Under the pieces are notes generated by a model. It saw only the letters and a list, made by a program, of their open reading frames with translations, was not told the DNA's origin and made no database searches. This document shows, one piece after another, positions 10,657 to 21,043 of a DNA stretch of 64,000 nt (its first letter is position 1; each line of letters opens with the position of its first letter). Both the position numbers and the translations under genes were made by a program. Origin of the DNA: Terriglobia bacterium (GTDB lineage: Bacteria; Acidobacteriota; Terriglobia; 2-12-FULL-54-10); contig CAXVYR010000003.1 of NCBI GenBank assembly GCA_963666975.2, forward strand, positions 1,280,001 to 1,344,000. The letters are read 5' to 3'.

Positions 10657-12003
10657 GTGAACGCAACCAGCCAACAACCCGTGAGCTTCACGCAGATCAC
10701 CGACGACATTCTGGCGCCCATGTGGAAACCAAGCCGGGGATATTTGCTCCTGCTCTTTGCGGCTCTCTCGCTTGCGGTCGTCGGAGGGCTCTGCTGGCTT
10801 CATCAGATCAACACCGGCATGGGCGTGGCCGGAATTTCCCGGCCCGCCGGGTGGGGCATCTACATTGCGGCCTTTGTATTCTGGGTAGGCATCGCTCATT
10901 CCGGCACCCTGATCTCCGCCATCCTGTACCTGTTCCACGTTCCCTGGCGGGCCGCCATCAGCCGCACCGCCGAGGCCATGACCATCTTCGCCGTCATGAC
11001 CGCGGGACTGTTCCCGCTGATTCACATCGGCCGACCCTGGCTTTTCTACTGGCTCATTCCCTACCCCAACGAGCGGCAGTTGTGGGTGAATTTTCGCTCG
11101 CCGTTGATCTGGGACGTATTCGCCGTAGGAACCTATTTCACCATCAGCCTGGTTTTTTGGTATGTCGGAATGATTCCCGACTTGGCTGCCATTCGAGACC
11201 GGAGCACAGGCCTGAAGCGGAACATCTACGGCTTATTCGCCCTGGGATGGAGGGGTTCGGGAAACCAGTGGCGCCACTATAAAGCAGCTTATTTGCTTTT
11301 TGCCGCTCTGGCCACCCCATTAGTGATCTCCGTACACAGCGTGGTCTCCTGGGATTTTGCGATGGGAATCGTGCCGGGATGGCATAGCACCATCTTCGCG
11401 CCCTATTTTGTCGCTGGCGCAATTTTTTCGGGCTTGGCGATGGTCTGCACATTGGTCATCCCGTTGCGCCGCGCTTTTCATCTCGAAAAATACATCACGC
11501 TAAACCACTTCAACCAATTGTCCAAGCTGCTTCTGTTCACGAGCCTCATCGTGACCTACGCCTACATCACGGAATTTTTTACCGCCTGGTACACGGGCAA
11601 TCCCATTGAGCGGGATTCTTTTTATTACCGCGCTTTCGGGGATTACCAAACTTTGTTCTGGATCATGACGGTTTGCAACTGCATCGCGCCCTTGGTTCTG
11701 TTTTTCCGCAAGATGCGACAGAACCTGAAGGTTCTTTTTGTCCTGTCTCTGCTGATCAATGTCGGCATGTATCTGGAACGCTTCATCATCATCCCGGTGT
11801 CGCTCACACACGGTTTTATTCCGAACGTCTGGGGCCTGTATACTCCTTCCCTATATGAAATAGGAATTCTCGCCGGGAGCTTTGGGTTCTTCTTTTTCTT
11901 TTTCCTGCTCTTCATCAAATTTCTTCCGGTGTTGCCGATTTTTGAAATCAAGGAAGGCTTCCAGCCGCATCCGGCAAAGCAAATCCAGGAGGCCGCGTCA
12001 TGA
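10657..12003 (+). CDS. actC: Alternative complex III ActC (NrfD/PsrC family quinol-binding subunit)
   Basis: FVFWVGIAHSGTLISAIL, NFRSPLIWDVFAV, PLVISVHSVVSWDFA. Confidence 0.93.
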   Translation: MNATSQQPVSFTQITDDILAPMWKPSRGYLLLLFAALSLAVVGGLCWLHQINTGMGVAGISRPAGWGIYIAAFVFWVGIAHSGTLISAILYLFHVPWRAAISRTAEAMTIFAVMTAGLFPLIHIGRPWLFYWLIPYPNERQLWVNFRSPLIWDVFAVGTYFTISLVFWYVGMIPDLAAIRDRSTGLKRNIYGLFALGWRGSGNQWRHYKAAYLLFAALATPLVISVHSVVSWDFAMGIVPGWHSTIFAPYFVAGAIFSGLAMVCTLVIPLRRAFHLEKYITLNHFNQLSKLLLFTSLIVTYAYITEFFTAWYTGNPIERDSFYYRAFGDYQTLFWIMTVCNCIAPLVLFFRKMRQNLKVLFVLSLLINVGMYLERFIIIPVSLTHGFIPNVWGLYTPSLYEIGILAGSFGFFFFFFLLFIKFLPVLPIFEIKEGFQPHPAKQIQEAAS

Positions 12004-12512
12004 GGGCAGCCGCTGGGGTGACGGGAATTTCATCGCGGGAGGAGCCTCTGGTCCAGGCGCTCGAACGCCTTCGCCAAAGAGGCTATAAAAACGTGCAAAC
12101 TTTCTCGCCCGTTCCACCGGAACAGTTAATAGAGAAACCGGAGTCGCTCAAAAGCCCAGTGCGTGCATACACGCTGACCGGGGGAATCCTGGGCTTTATC
12201 TCCGGATTAGCTCTGACGATCTGGACCTCTCTGGACTGGCCCTTACGGACCGGGGCAAAACCGATTGCCTCGATCCCCCCTTTTCTGGTGATCGCCTTCG
12301 AGTTGACCATCTTGTTCGGAGGCTTGTTCACCTTGGCGGGCCTTCTAATCCATGCGCGCCTGCCGCAGACGGCTCCCGAGCCAGGCTACCACGCGCGTTT
12401 TTCCGTGGATCAGTTCGGAGTATTCGTCCCTTGCGAGAACGGGCAGATCGAAGAGGTAAAGCAGTTGTTCCATGCCGCAGGAGTTGAGGAGGTGTCCGTT
12501 GAGACCGCGTAA
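12000..12512 (+). CDS. actD: Alternative complex III ActD (DUF3341)
   Basis: FSPVP, DWPLRTGAKP, FELTILF; ATGA overlap with actC. Confidence 0.88.
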   Translation: MRAAAGVTGISSREEPLVQALERLRQRGYKNVQTFSPVPPEQLIEKPESLKSPVRAYTLTGGILGFISGLALTIWTSLDWPLRTGAKPIASIPPFLVIAFELTILFGGLFTLAGLLIHARLPQTAPEPGYHARFSVDQFGVFVPCENGQIEEVKQLFHAAGVEEVSVETA

Positions 12513-13002
12513 CGTGCTACTCCTCGCAGGCATAGCGATTGCCGGCGTAGCAGCAAGCTACGGGGCTTTGATGGTCGGGTGGGAATGGTATCAAGGCCTG
12601 GTCCTTCCGCGCGAGGTCAAACCGCTCGCGGGATCTTTCAGCTGGTCTTCGCCCGCCGGGACCGTCCCAACAGGAGAAGCGGAACCTCCTCTGGCAAGAC
12701 GCGAAGCTGCCAATTTGCTCGAAAATCCCAACCCGGCAACGCCGGCATCCATCGCAACGGGCAAGGAAATGTTTGAAACCTATTGCGTGTTGTGCCATGG
12801 CAATGGCGGGCATGGCGATGGTCCCGTGTCAGAAAAATTTTTGAAACCCCCTGACCTGCCTTCCATTTTGGGAAGACGCAGCGACGGCTATCTCTACGCG
12901 ACAATTCGCAACGGTGGCGTTGTCATGCCGCCTCACGGGTACCGCATCCCGCCTGCAGAACGCTGGGACCTGGTGAATTACTTGCGGAGCATCCAAGAAT
13001 GA
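12499..13002 (+). CDS. actE: Alternative complex III ActE monoheme cytochrome c
   Basis: PAGTVP, NPNPAT, YCVLCHG..GDG, MPPHG, RWDLVNYLRS; TTG start after GAGGAGG. Confidence 0.85.
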   Translation: MRPRNVLLLAGIAIAGVAASYGALMVGWEWYQGLVLPREVKPLAGSFSWSSPAGTVPTGEAEPPLARREAANLLENPNPATPASIATGKEMFETYCVLCHGNGGHGDGPVSEKFLKPPDLPSILGRRSDGYLYATIRNGGVVMPPHGYRIPPAERWDLVNYLRSIQE

Positions 13003-14216
13003 TGACCGATCTTCCGCTCACAGACCGTCTACTAGAGGAAGCCGCGTGGCCAAAGCCGAGGCCGCTCGGCAAGGGAATCCTTCCATTGTTGGCGCTGCTG
13101 GCTGCGGCGGGCGCCATCGCATTTTTTCTTCTGCTCACCGGAGGCAACCCGGTCCGCGCCTGGCAAATTTTCCTGGTGAATTTTCTGTTCTGGTCCGGCG
13201 TAGCCGTAGCCGGAGTTGTTCTGGCAGCGATCTTTCAAGTCACCAACGCGCGCTGGGCAAGGCCGGTTAAACGGTTGGCGGAGGCCTGCGCAGCTTATTT
13301 ACCGGTCTCTTTCCTCCTTTTCCTGTGCATCTGGTTTGGCCGCCGCAGTTTGTTTGCCTGGATCGATCAGCCGCCAGCGGCCATTGCAGCTTGGTTGAAC
13401 ATCTCCTTTTTCTTCCTGCGGGAAGCAGCAGGATTGCTGGTTCTCTATGGCATGAGCTTGCTGTTCTTCTATCGCTCCGTGCGGCAGGACTCCCTTGCGC
13501 TGGCGCACCGGCAAGCGGGAGATTCGCCAGGGACTGACGTCGATGCAGGTTTCCTCCAGAAGCTCGGCGTGGCCCTGCTGCTTCTGTACTCGTTTGTTTA
13601 TTCGATGGTAGCCTGGGACTTTGTCATGTCGCTCGACCCAAGATGGTCGTCCACTCTATTCGGCGGCTTCTATTTTATCGGCAACCTCTATCTGGGACTC
13701 GCGGCAGTCACCGTCTTCACGCTGTATGCCCGCTGGCGTTACCAGTTGGAGAAGATCATTGATTCCCGAATTCTCCATAACCTGGGCAAACTGCTTTTTG
13801 CTTTTTCTCTATTGTGGACCTACCTGTTCTGGTCCCAGTATCTAGTCATTTGGTACGGTAATCTTCCTCATGAGATTGGCTTCCTCCTCCTGCGCACCGC
13901 CCAACAACCATGGAGCAGCCTGGCTATTGTGGTGCTAGCTATGAATTTTCTGGTTCCGTTTCTCGTTCTGCTGCCGCGCTCCAGGAAGGAAAGCCCCGGG
14001 ACGCTGCTGGGGGTTGCCCTAGTCATCTTTACCGGCATGTGGCTGGAGAGATATCTACTGGTTGCCCCATCCCTCGCGGCTGCCCCGGAGATTCTGCTGG
14101 GAGGGGCGGAAGCACTCATTACATTGGGCTTTCTTGCATCCTTCCTTCTAGCTTACTTGACTGTGCTTTCTAAAGTCCCTATCCTACCTGTAGGTGACTC
14201 TTTGTTTTGGAGGTAA
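12999..14216 (+). CDS. actF: Alternative complex III ActF membrane subunit
   Basis: WARPVKRLAEA, DFVMSLDPRWSSTLFG, WTYLFWSQYLVIWYGNLPHE. Confidence 0.9.
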   Translation: MMTDLPLTDRLLEEAAWPKPRPLGKGILPLLALLAAAGAIAFFLLLTGGNPVRAWQIFLVNFLFWSGVAVAGVVLAAIFQVTNARWARPVKRLAEACAAYLPVSFLLFLCIWFGRRSLFAWIDQPPAAIAAWLNISFFFLREAAGLLVLYGMSLLFFYRSVRQDSLALAHRQAGDSPGTDVDAGFLQKLGVALLLLYSFVYSMVAWDFVMSLDPRWSSTLFGGFYFIGNLYLGLAAVTVFTLYARWRYQLEKIIDSRILHNLGKLLFAFSLLWTYLFWSQYLVIWYGNLPHEIGFLLLRTAQQPWSSLAIVVLAMNFLVPFLVLLPRSRKESPGTLLGVALVIFTGMWLERYLLVAPSLAAAPEILLGGAEALITLGFLASFLLAYLTVLSKVPILPVGDSLFWR

Positions 14217-14249
14217 AAGTTTCAGACATTTTTCAACTGGAGGACGAGT

Positions 14250-14657
14250 ATGAGTCTGCCGAAGCTCGGTTCGTATTTGCTTGCGCTATTTGTATTTTCT
14301 TTTTTCGTCGCGGCCACCGCGCACCCACAGGACGCTGAATCCAAGAAGAACGGCGGAGAGAAAACTGCCGCGGCCGGCACAGGTGACGCAGCAAAAGGCG
14401 AAGAGATTTTTCAGCAGAATTGCGATTTTTGTCACGATGCGAAAAGCAACGAAACAAGGGTCGGACCGGGGTTGAAGGGTGTCCTAAAAAAGCTGCCTGA
14501 AAGCCATACGACATCCGATGGAACCGAACACACAGAGCACACCGTAGCCATCGTTCGGAAGAAGATTGAAGAAGGCGGCGGCGGAATGATGGCTATGAAA
14601 GATATCCTCTCCAAAGAAGAAATTGACCACATCATGGCCTACCTACAGACCCTGTAA
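14250..14657 (+). CDS. Periplasmic monoheme class I cytochrome c
   Basis: Signal peptide, GDAAKGEEIF, CDFCH, VGPGLKGV, distal Met cluster. Confidence 0.88.
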   Translation: MSLPKLGSYLLALFVFSFFVAATAHPQDAESKKNGGEKTAAAGTGDAAKGEEIFQQNCDFCHDAKSNETRVGPGLKGVLKKLPESHTTSDGTEHTEHTVAIVRKKIEEGGGGMMAMKDILSKEEIDHIMAYLQTL

Positions 14658-14759
14658 ACCGCAGACCCTGTAAACCATGGAGCAGTCTTCCGAGGCCGCT
14701 CTTGCTTGAGAACCGGCAGTAAAATTCTTGATGGGGCCAGATGTGTTTGGGGCCCGGCT

Positions 14760-16211
14760 TCAAGGCATCGGCGGCCTTCGCTTGTGCCACTCGGTGGCTT
14801 GCTCATAGGCGTAACCGCACTGCAGGACGGCAGCCTCCTCAAAAGGACGCCCGACGATCTGGAGACCGGCCGGAAGCTCGTGGCCGTCATAACCGCAGCA
14901 GACCGACAAAGCCGGATGACCGCTGGCATTGAATCCCCGCAGAAGGCGGGTGGCGGCGGCGCGCGCGTCTTCTTCCTTTTCCTTCCCCTTCTCTCTGAAC
15001 ACGACCTTGGTCTCACCCACAGGAAAAGCAGTCAACGGAGTTGCGGGGGTCACCAGCAAATCCGCTTGCTCAAAGAGACGCTCAAACTGCCGGCCGAACC
15101 GGCGGCGGGTGAGCTGCGCATCGATGTATTCGGCGGCGCTCACTTCCCTGCCCTTTTCGAGCAGTATTTTCACATCCGCGCCGAAATCGCCGGAATGGGT
15201 TTCTAAATTTTTCCTGTGAACGGCTGCCGCCTCCACCCACAACGAGGTGAGGCTTGCCGCTGTCAAGTCCGCCATGCCGGGAAGTTCTACCGGAACGATC
15301 CTGGCGCCCGACTTTTCCAAAACCCCTATTGCCTGGCGCACAAGGCGCTCCACATCCGGCTGGAGGGAATCAAAAAAATAATCCTTCGGGACCCCGACCC
15401 GCACTACGCCTTCCTGGCCGCTGCCAGGTAAAGACACATTCGGGAACGAAGTGTTCCAGCGAATATTGCCCACAGGCCGGTCCACCGAAAAGTTGTCTTT
15501 GGGATCGAATCCTGCGATGGCTTGGTAAACCAGGGCCACGTCTTCCACCGTTCGCGCCAGAGGCCCCGCGTGGTCGAGCGTGTAGCCCAGAGGTAGTATC
15601 CCGTGGAGGCTTACGCGCCCGAAGGTAGGTTTCAACCCCGCGACACCACAGAAAGAGGCGGGTATGCGAATGGAGCCGCCCGTATCGGTTCCCAGCGCCG
15701 CAAACGACATCCCCGCTGCCACCGCTACGCCTGACCCGCCGCTCGATCCGCCCGAGGTGTGTTCCGGATTCCATGGATTGCGCGTGGGGCCGTAGTGAGG
15801 ATTGTCATTGGTGATGCCGTAAGCGAACTCATGCAGCGCCGTCTTTCCCACCAGCACCGCCCCGGCCTGACGAAGCCTTGCAACCACTGTTGCGTCCGAG
15901 TCCGGCACGAACTTAGCGAGTATTTTCGACCCTGCCGTCGTGCGCACGCCCCGTGTATACATCAAATCTTTTACGGCAACGGGCACGCCGTGCAGCGGCC
16001 CTCGATAGTTGCCCCGCAGAATTTCCTGCTCCGCAGCGCGAGCCTGCTCTTCCGCCAGCTCGGCGGTGACCGTCACGAAGGCATTGAGACGCGGATTCTG
16101 CTCGCGGATACGCTCCAGAACCTCCGCCGTCACCTCGATGGGCGAGACCTGTTTGCTCTGAAGGAGAGCAGAGAGTTCAACGATGCTCAGTTCGCACAAT
16201 CCTCCCGACAT
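14760..16211 (-). CDS. Amidase signature family protein (GatA-like)
   Basis: GPLHGVPVAVKD, GGSSGGS, GTDTGGSIRIPA. Confidence 0.93.
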   Translation of the reverse strand: MSGGLCELSIVELSALLQSKQVSPIEVTAEVLERIREQNPRLNAFVTVTAELAEEQARAAEQEILRGNYRGPLHGVPVAVKDLMYTRGVRTTAGSKILAKFVPDSDATVVARLRQAGAVLVGKTALHEFAYGITNDNPHYGPTRNPWNPEHTSGGSSGGSGVAVAAGMSFAALGTDTGGSIRIPASFCGVAGLKPTFGRVSLHGILPLGYTLDHAGPLARTVEDVALVYQAIAGFDPKDNFSVDRPVGNIRWNTSFPNVSLPGSGQEGVVRVGVPKDYFFDSLQPDVERLVRQAIGVLEKSGARIVPVELPGMADLTAASLTSLWVEAAAVHRKNLETHSGDFGADVKILLEKGREVSAAEYIDAQLTRRRFGRQFERLFEQADLLVTPATPLTAFPVGETKVVFREKGKEKEEDARAAATRLLRGFNASGHPALSVCCGYDGHELPAGLQIVGRPFEEAAVLQCGYAYEQATEWHKRRPPMP

Positions 16212-16262
16212 GGCTCCTTTTATCAGAACGCACCAAGCAAAAAGCTTTTTTCAATACTTCTT

Positions 16263-17576
16263 TTAATGTTTCGGAAATGATGCGCCCGTACGGCCCGCGA
16301 CGGCAGCCGCCCCGTCCCGTAAAAATTCCAAGGCGGCAAAACTGACCACCGATTCTTCGTCGATATTCCATTGCTCGTAGCGCAGCACATTTCCGCGCGC
16401 CTGGGGCACCACTTGCAGGAAGGTGTACAGCGGCGAATAACCGCACCAGCGCAGTTCGTCGCCCTCTGGGCCCTCTGGCCGGACCAGTTCAAAGAACCCC
16501 TCCCTGTCACCGGCACAGACGCGGTGCAGGCGTTCCTGGTCCTTCCTGCGCACAGTCTCCATGTGGTCCTGCTCGGCGCGGGCGGCAAAAGAATCCCCGT
16601 AACGTCTTCCAATATGGGCCAGATCAATTCCCAGAACCCAGAATAATCGTGAGCCTTCCCTCTCCGCAATTTCACCCAGCACCTGAAAAAAACGTTCCAC
16701 GCTCTCGCTTGATTCGGGAGCTTTCCCTGTAACTAGGCTTTCCCAAAACGGCCCGCACAGAATCGGCAGTATCCGAATTCTCGATCCCGGCGCGTGCTGG
16801 GGAGACTGCTGGAGCGCATGTTGGATCGCATGTTGGATAAAGATGCACTGGAATTCTATCGAGTGCTCGATGGCGTGACAGTAATCCTCCATTAGCACCG
16901 CTTCTCCCGCCCGTCCGGCAATCTCGTTCACCAAGTTCGTGTCCACCTCCAAAGTTCCCAAAGGCGTTATAAAAGGCTTGCGGGTTAATCCAAACTTTTC
17001 CGGAGGGCCGTAATGGGAGGTTCCGAGAAGAACAAACGTCTTTTCCGCCAACTCCGAACCCATGCGCGCATAGGCGCTGGCGTAGCTTCTCCACCCGCCC
17101 GCAGGGCTGACATGGGGCGCTGCTAGGCCGATGACTTCTGAAGAATCAGTCTTTCCTTCCACGGCTTGCAGATAATCCCCCAGCTCTTTGCGCAACTCTT
17201 CCGGCTGGATCGGGTAGGACGCGCCGGAGTGGATCGCCACGCGCTCGGCGGAATCGCGGAACTTCGCGTGGCAACTCTCCCTCAAACGGTAGAACTCTTC
17301 GGTCTCCAGAAAACCTTGTTGCTGGAGAGTTCCGACAAAGTTTTCCACCACGTCGCTGCCAACCAACTGGCCGGTTTGGCGGGACAGGTCGGTTTGCAGG
17401 TCCAGGTAGGATTTTTCTCCGTCCAGATGGGCCAGCGCCTGGATCAGCGCCGGTGGAATCAGCAGCACGGCAGGCGTGTATCGGTATGGGTCCCGAATCA
17501 GCAACCCCGGCTGCTCGGAATCCGGTGAAGGCACGACGTCAATATCGGTTCGCAGTTTCGGAAGAAGCCGGGTCAT
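16263..17576 (-). CDS. MEMO1 family (AmmeMemoRadiSam protein B) with N-terminal extension
   Basis: APHVS, LLGTSHY, HAIEHSIEFQ, DLAHIGRRYGD, RWCG motifs; start moved to ATG 17576. Confidence 0.88.
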   Translation of the reverse strand: MTRLLPKLRTDIDVVPSPDSEQPGLLIRDPYRYTPAVLLIPPALIQALAHLDGEKSYLDLQTDLSRQTGQLVGSDVVENFVGTLQQQGFLETEEFYRLRESCHAKFRDSAERVAIHSGASYPIQPEELRKELGDYLQAVEGKTDSSEVIGLAAPHVSPAGGWRSYASAYARMGSELAEKTFVLLGTSHYGPPEKFGLTRKPFITPLGTLEVDTNLVNEIAGRAGEAVLMEDYCHAIEHSIEFQCIFIQHAIQHALQQSPQHAPGSRIRILPILCGPFWESLVTGKAPESSESVERFFQVLGEIAEREGSRLFWVLGIDLAHIGRRYGDSFAARAEQDHMETVRRKDQERLHRVCAGDREGFFELVRPEGPEGDELRWCGYSPLYTFLQVVPQARGNVLRYEQWNIDEESVVSFAALEFLRDGAAAVAGRTGASFPKH

Positions 17577-17735
17577 GGAGCCATTGTAGCCTGAACCGGC
17601 CAGCGGACGAAGGAAGGCCGCTGTTGTCGCAGATGACAACTTCAAGATTGCTGGATGGCGGGAAGGCTGAGGCCCACGAGAGGCTGCACGCGTCCTTGTG
17701 CGTCTTTAGTCCAACAAGGGGCCCCCGCGGGAAGT

Positions 17736-18767
17736 TCAGGCTTGCGGGACGGCAGAGCGGTCGCTGCTGGCGAGGGGCTGCGTGCGGCAGGTTGCTCCGG
17801 CGCCCTTCATGCAGTAGTCATAACAATTCTTGTGTCCCAGGTAGACGCGCTGAAAGGACTCCTCGAGCGTCCCTCCCAGGTCAAACCGGTCCTCATTGTA
17901 GATTACCGGGCACGGGTAGAAACGGATGCGCCCGCCGATCTTCTGCACGCAGCGGCTGTAGTGGCACATCAGCGTCTCCGCCGGTTTATTGAGGGTCTGG
18001 AAGCAATTGGTTGTGATGAAGACCTCGGGCGAGGGCGTGGCCCCGTTCTCCCCCAGGCGCACCAGTTGGTGGCCCATCTCCATGATGTTTTCAATCAGAT
18101 TGATCTCCACCTTCACACTCTGCTTTTCAAACAACTCCGCGAATCCGTTGCGGATTTCCTCGTCGGTCGAGACGCCGAGAAAAGGCCTCTCGGCATTGAT
18201 GATGGGAACCAATCCCATGGCGGAAAGCTGCCCGACGGTTTCGACGGTCTGGGCGAAGGTGCCCTTGCCGCGGATGGCGTCATGTTCGGAGGGCAAGAAG
18301 CTTTCGAGCGTAATCCGAAACCGCAGCCGGTCGCCGTGCTGGCGGAACAGCCCGGCCAGAGCGTCATAGTGGCTGCGGATGTACCGTCGTCCATTGGTCA
18401 GGATTTCCGTGGGAGCAATAGAGAGGGAGTATTCCAAGCTTGCCAGGAACTCTTCATTCGTTGCAGCCCGGCTGCGTAACACGTCTTCGTTGACAAAAAC
18501 CTCGCCGCCGGTGAAATAAATCTTCCGCACACCGAAAGCGCGGGCGTCGTCCAGATGAGGGCGCAATTCGTTGAAACGGATCTGCTGCAAGGTGTCGTTG
18601 GTGGGCGAGGAAGCCGTATAGCAGTGCTTGCATTTCAGGTCGCACAGCGACCCCTGCATCACCCACAGGTCTTCGAGCACCGGACGGCCATCCCGCAACT
18701 TCGGTTCGACAAAGCCCCGCTGCTCGCCTTTGGGGCTGGTCAACTCAATTCCGTTCGGATGTGACAC
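17736..18767 (-). CDS. Radical SAM protein with Cys-rich C-terminus
   Basis: CDLKCKHC motif, FTGGE, LTNG, HDAIRGKGTF; additional Cys in MCHYSRC, YPCP, CYDYC. Confidence 0.9.
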   Translation of the reverse strand: MSHPNGIELTSPKGEQRGFVEPKLRDGRPVLEDLWVMQGSLCDLKCKHCYTASSPTNDTLQQIRFNELRPHLDDARAFGVRKIYFTGGEVFVNEDVLRSRAATNEEFLASLEYSLSIAPTEILTNGRRYIRSHYDALAGLFRQHGDRLRFRITLESFLPSEHDAIRGKGTFAQTVETVGQLSAMGLVPIINAERPFLGVSTDEEIRNGFAELFEKQSVKVEINLIENIMEMGHQLVRLGENGATPSPEVFITTNCFQTLNKPAETLMCHYSRCVQKIGGRIRFYPCPVIYNEDRFDLGGTLEESFQRVYLGHKNCYDYCMKGAGATCRTQPLASSDRSAVPQA

Positions 18768-18976
18768 AGACGCCTCCAGACCCGCCGCTCCACCTGGTTC
18801 TGTTACTCCTGCTCCCTTGCTCTTCCGCCTTTTTTACCAACTACTTTCACCTAACCACAAGCCAGCCTGCTTTCCAGCACAAAGCGCTCCCGCACAAAAT
18901 AACAGTCTCTCATTAGATGCCTGAAGATAGCGCTGCGATGCAGTTTCGCTTCCCTCTCCGGGCGGAAACGGCGCGG

Positions 18977-20821
18977 TCACTTGCGCAGGTGGCGACGCAC
19001 GCTGGTCACCACTACCTTAGGTTTGAACATCAGGGCTCCGCGAAGGATCAGTCCACTCTGGTTGTGCAGAAGCTGCTGCCACCAGTGCGCCGGAACGAAC
19101 TCCGGCAACAGGACGGTGACTACATCATCATTTCGGAAGGCCTCCACCTCATCGACGAATTTCAGCAAGGGACGCAGAATGGAGCGATAGGGCGAGTTCA
19201 ACACCACCAAGGGAACATCCGTCACCCAGTGTTCCCATTGCTCCACAAGTTTATCGCGGTCCGCGTTATCCACATTGATTTGAACGGCGATCACGTCCTT
19301 GGAAATGGAACGGGCATATTCGATAGCGCCGAGGCTGACCACATTGATGCCCGCAATCGGAACCACGACCGTGTGCTTCAACTCCCGCATGCGGTCGTAG
19401 GATGCCACCGAGAGATCCGTCGTAACCTGGAAGTAATGCCTGCGAATGCGCAGAAACAGCCACACAAAAGCCGGGGTGGCGATCAACACGACCCATGCCC
19501 CATGCATAAACTTCACAGTGGCAACCGCCAGCAGCACCAATGCTGTTGTGATTGCCCCAAAAGCGTTCAACGCCATTCGCCAGCGAAATCCCTTGCTGCG
19601 CAAGCGTCTCCAGTGGATGACCATGCCCGTCTGGCACAATGTAAATCCAACGAACACCCCCACCATATAAAGAGGGATCAGGCTGTGGACGTCACCGCCG
19701 AACCAGATCACCAGCCCGCTGGCCATCAGTCCCAGAAAAATGATTCCGTTTGAAAACACCAGCCGGTCCCCCAGATTGGCAAACTGCCGGGGGAGAAAGC
19801 GGTCTCTGGCGATGAAGGAACTGAGCCGGGGAAAACTTGTGAAACTGGTGTTGGCCGCCAGGATCAGAACCGTCATGGTCACCAGTTGCATCGCAAAATA
19901 AACATATCCGTCCCCGAAGGTCTCGCGGCTCAGTTGCGAGAGGATCGTTTGATCCTCCAGCGGCTGGAGCCTGTAGAGATTGGTTGCAATGGTGATGCCC
20001 AAAAATAAGCTTGCCAGGATGGCGCCCAAGGTGAAAAGCGTGACCTTGGCGTTCCGCGATACCGGTTTCTTAAATGCATCGACCCCGTCGGCAACCGCCT
20101 CCACTCCGGTTAAAGCCGTGCAACCGGAGGCAAAGGCCCGCAACAGAAGAACCAGGGCCAATGGTTCGAAGGCCGGCATCTCAATAGGCGGCGCATCATT
20201 CGGAACCGAGGCGGCGCCTGTGAGGTACCGCAGGATAGCCACAATCACCAAAACGTATGCGAAAAGAATAAACAGATAGACGGGACCGGCAAACAGCGCC
20301 GCTGATTCGCGGGCGCCCCGTAAATTGACCAGCATAATCAGAAAAATAGCCAGCAGGCACAGGCCGATGCGATGAGGAAACAAAGAAGGGACCGCCGAAG
20401 TAATGGCTGCTACACCGGCTGCGACGCTCACGGCGACCGTCAGGATATAATCCATCAGCAGAGCGGCTCCGGCGGTCAAACCGGCATAGATTCCCAGATT
20501 TTCCTTCGCGACAGCGTAGGCTCCGCCGCCGGTCGGATACGCCTCCAGCACCTGGCTGTAGGAGGTCACCACAATCCAAAGCAGGCCCACAATCATCAAC
20601 GCCGCTGGAATCGAGAGGACCGAGAGAGAAAGGAACAGCGCTCCGGCAAACGGCAGTGCGCGGAGCATCTCTTCGGTGGCGTAAGCGGTGGACGAAAGGG
20701 CGTCGGATGACATGACGGTGAGCGCCGCCTTCTTACTCAGCTTCTGCTCACCCGCCTCGTCCGACCTGCGAGGACGGCCTACGAATATCTGCTTTAACCC
20801 CGCCACGGCCAGACCCCGCAA
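18977..20821 (-). CDS. APC family permease, YdaO/KimA-like potassium transporter
   Basis: SSDALSSTAYATEE, YPTGGGAY, AFASGCTALTGVEA, AANTSF..FPRL, SPYRS, LLHNQS. Confidence 0.88.
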   Translation of the reverse strand: MRGLAVAGLKQIFVGRPRRSDEAGEQKLSKKAALTVMSSDALSSTAYATEEMLRALPFAGALFLSLSVLSIPAALMIVGLLWIVVTSYSQVLEAYPTGGGAYAVAKENLGIYAGLTAGAALLMDYILTVAVSVAAGVAAITSAVPSLFPHRIGLCLLAIFLIMLVNLRGARESAALFAGPVYLFILFAYVLVIVAILRYLTGAASVPNDAPPIEMPAFEPLALVLLLRAFASGCTALTGVEAVADGVDAFKKPVSRNAKVTLFTLGAILASLFLGITIATNLYRLQPLEDQTILSQLSRETFGDGYVYFAMQLVTMTVLILAANTSFTSFPRLSSFIARDRFLPRQFANLGDRLVFSNGIIFLGLMASGLVIWFGGDVHSLIPLYMVGVFVGFTLCQTGMVIHWRRLRSKGFRWRMALNAFGAITTALVLLAVATVKFMHGAWVVLIATPAFVWLFLRIRRHYFQVTTDLSVASYDRMRELKHTVVVPIAGINVVSLGAIEYARSISKDVIAVQINVDNADRDKLVEQWEHWVTDVPLVVLNSPYRSILRPLLKFVDEVEAFRNDDVVTVLLPEFVPAHWWQQLLHNQSGLILRGALMFKPKVVVTSVRRHLRK

Positions 20822-21043
20822 TCCGCAATCGAGCTTGTTGCTGTTTGGTTGATTCTGGAAATCAAGAAGGCGAGGTCCACGGGCTCAGTGGCGGGGGAAA
20901 AAGCAGCAAAAGTTGCGGCGGACGATTCAACCAGAGGACTGCACCCCAAAATGAAGGTCCGGCTCTCTCTAGCAGCGGAAAGCCTGGCAAAAGCGATTAT
21001 ACACTGCGCGCTCTCCCGCAAACAAAAGGATGCATCGGGCGAC

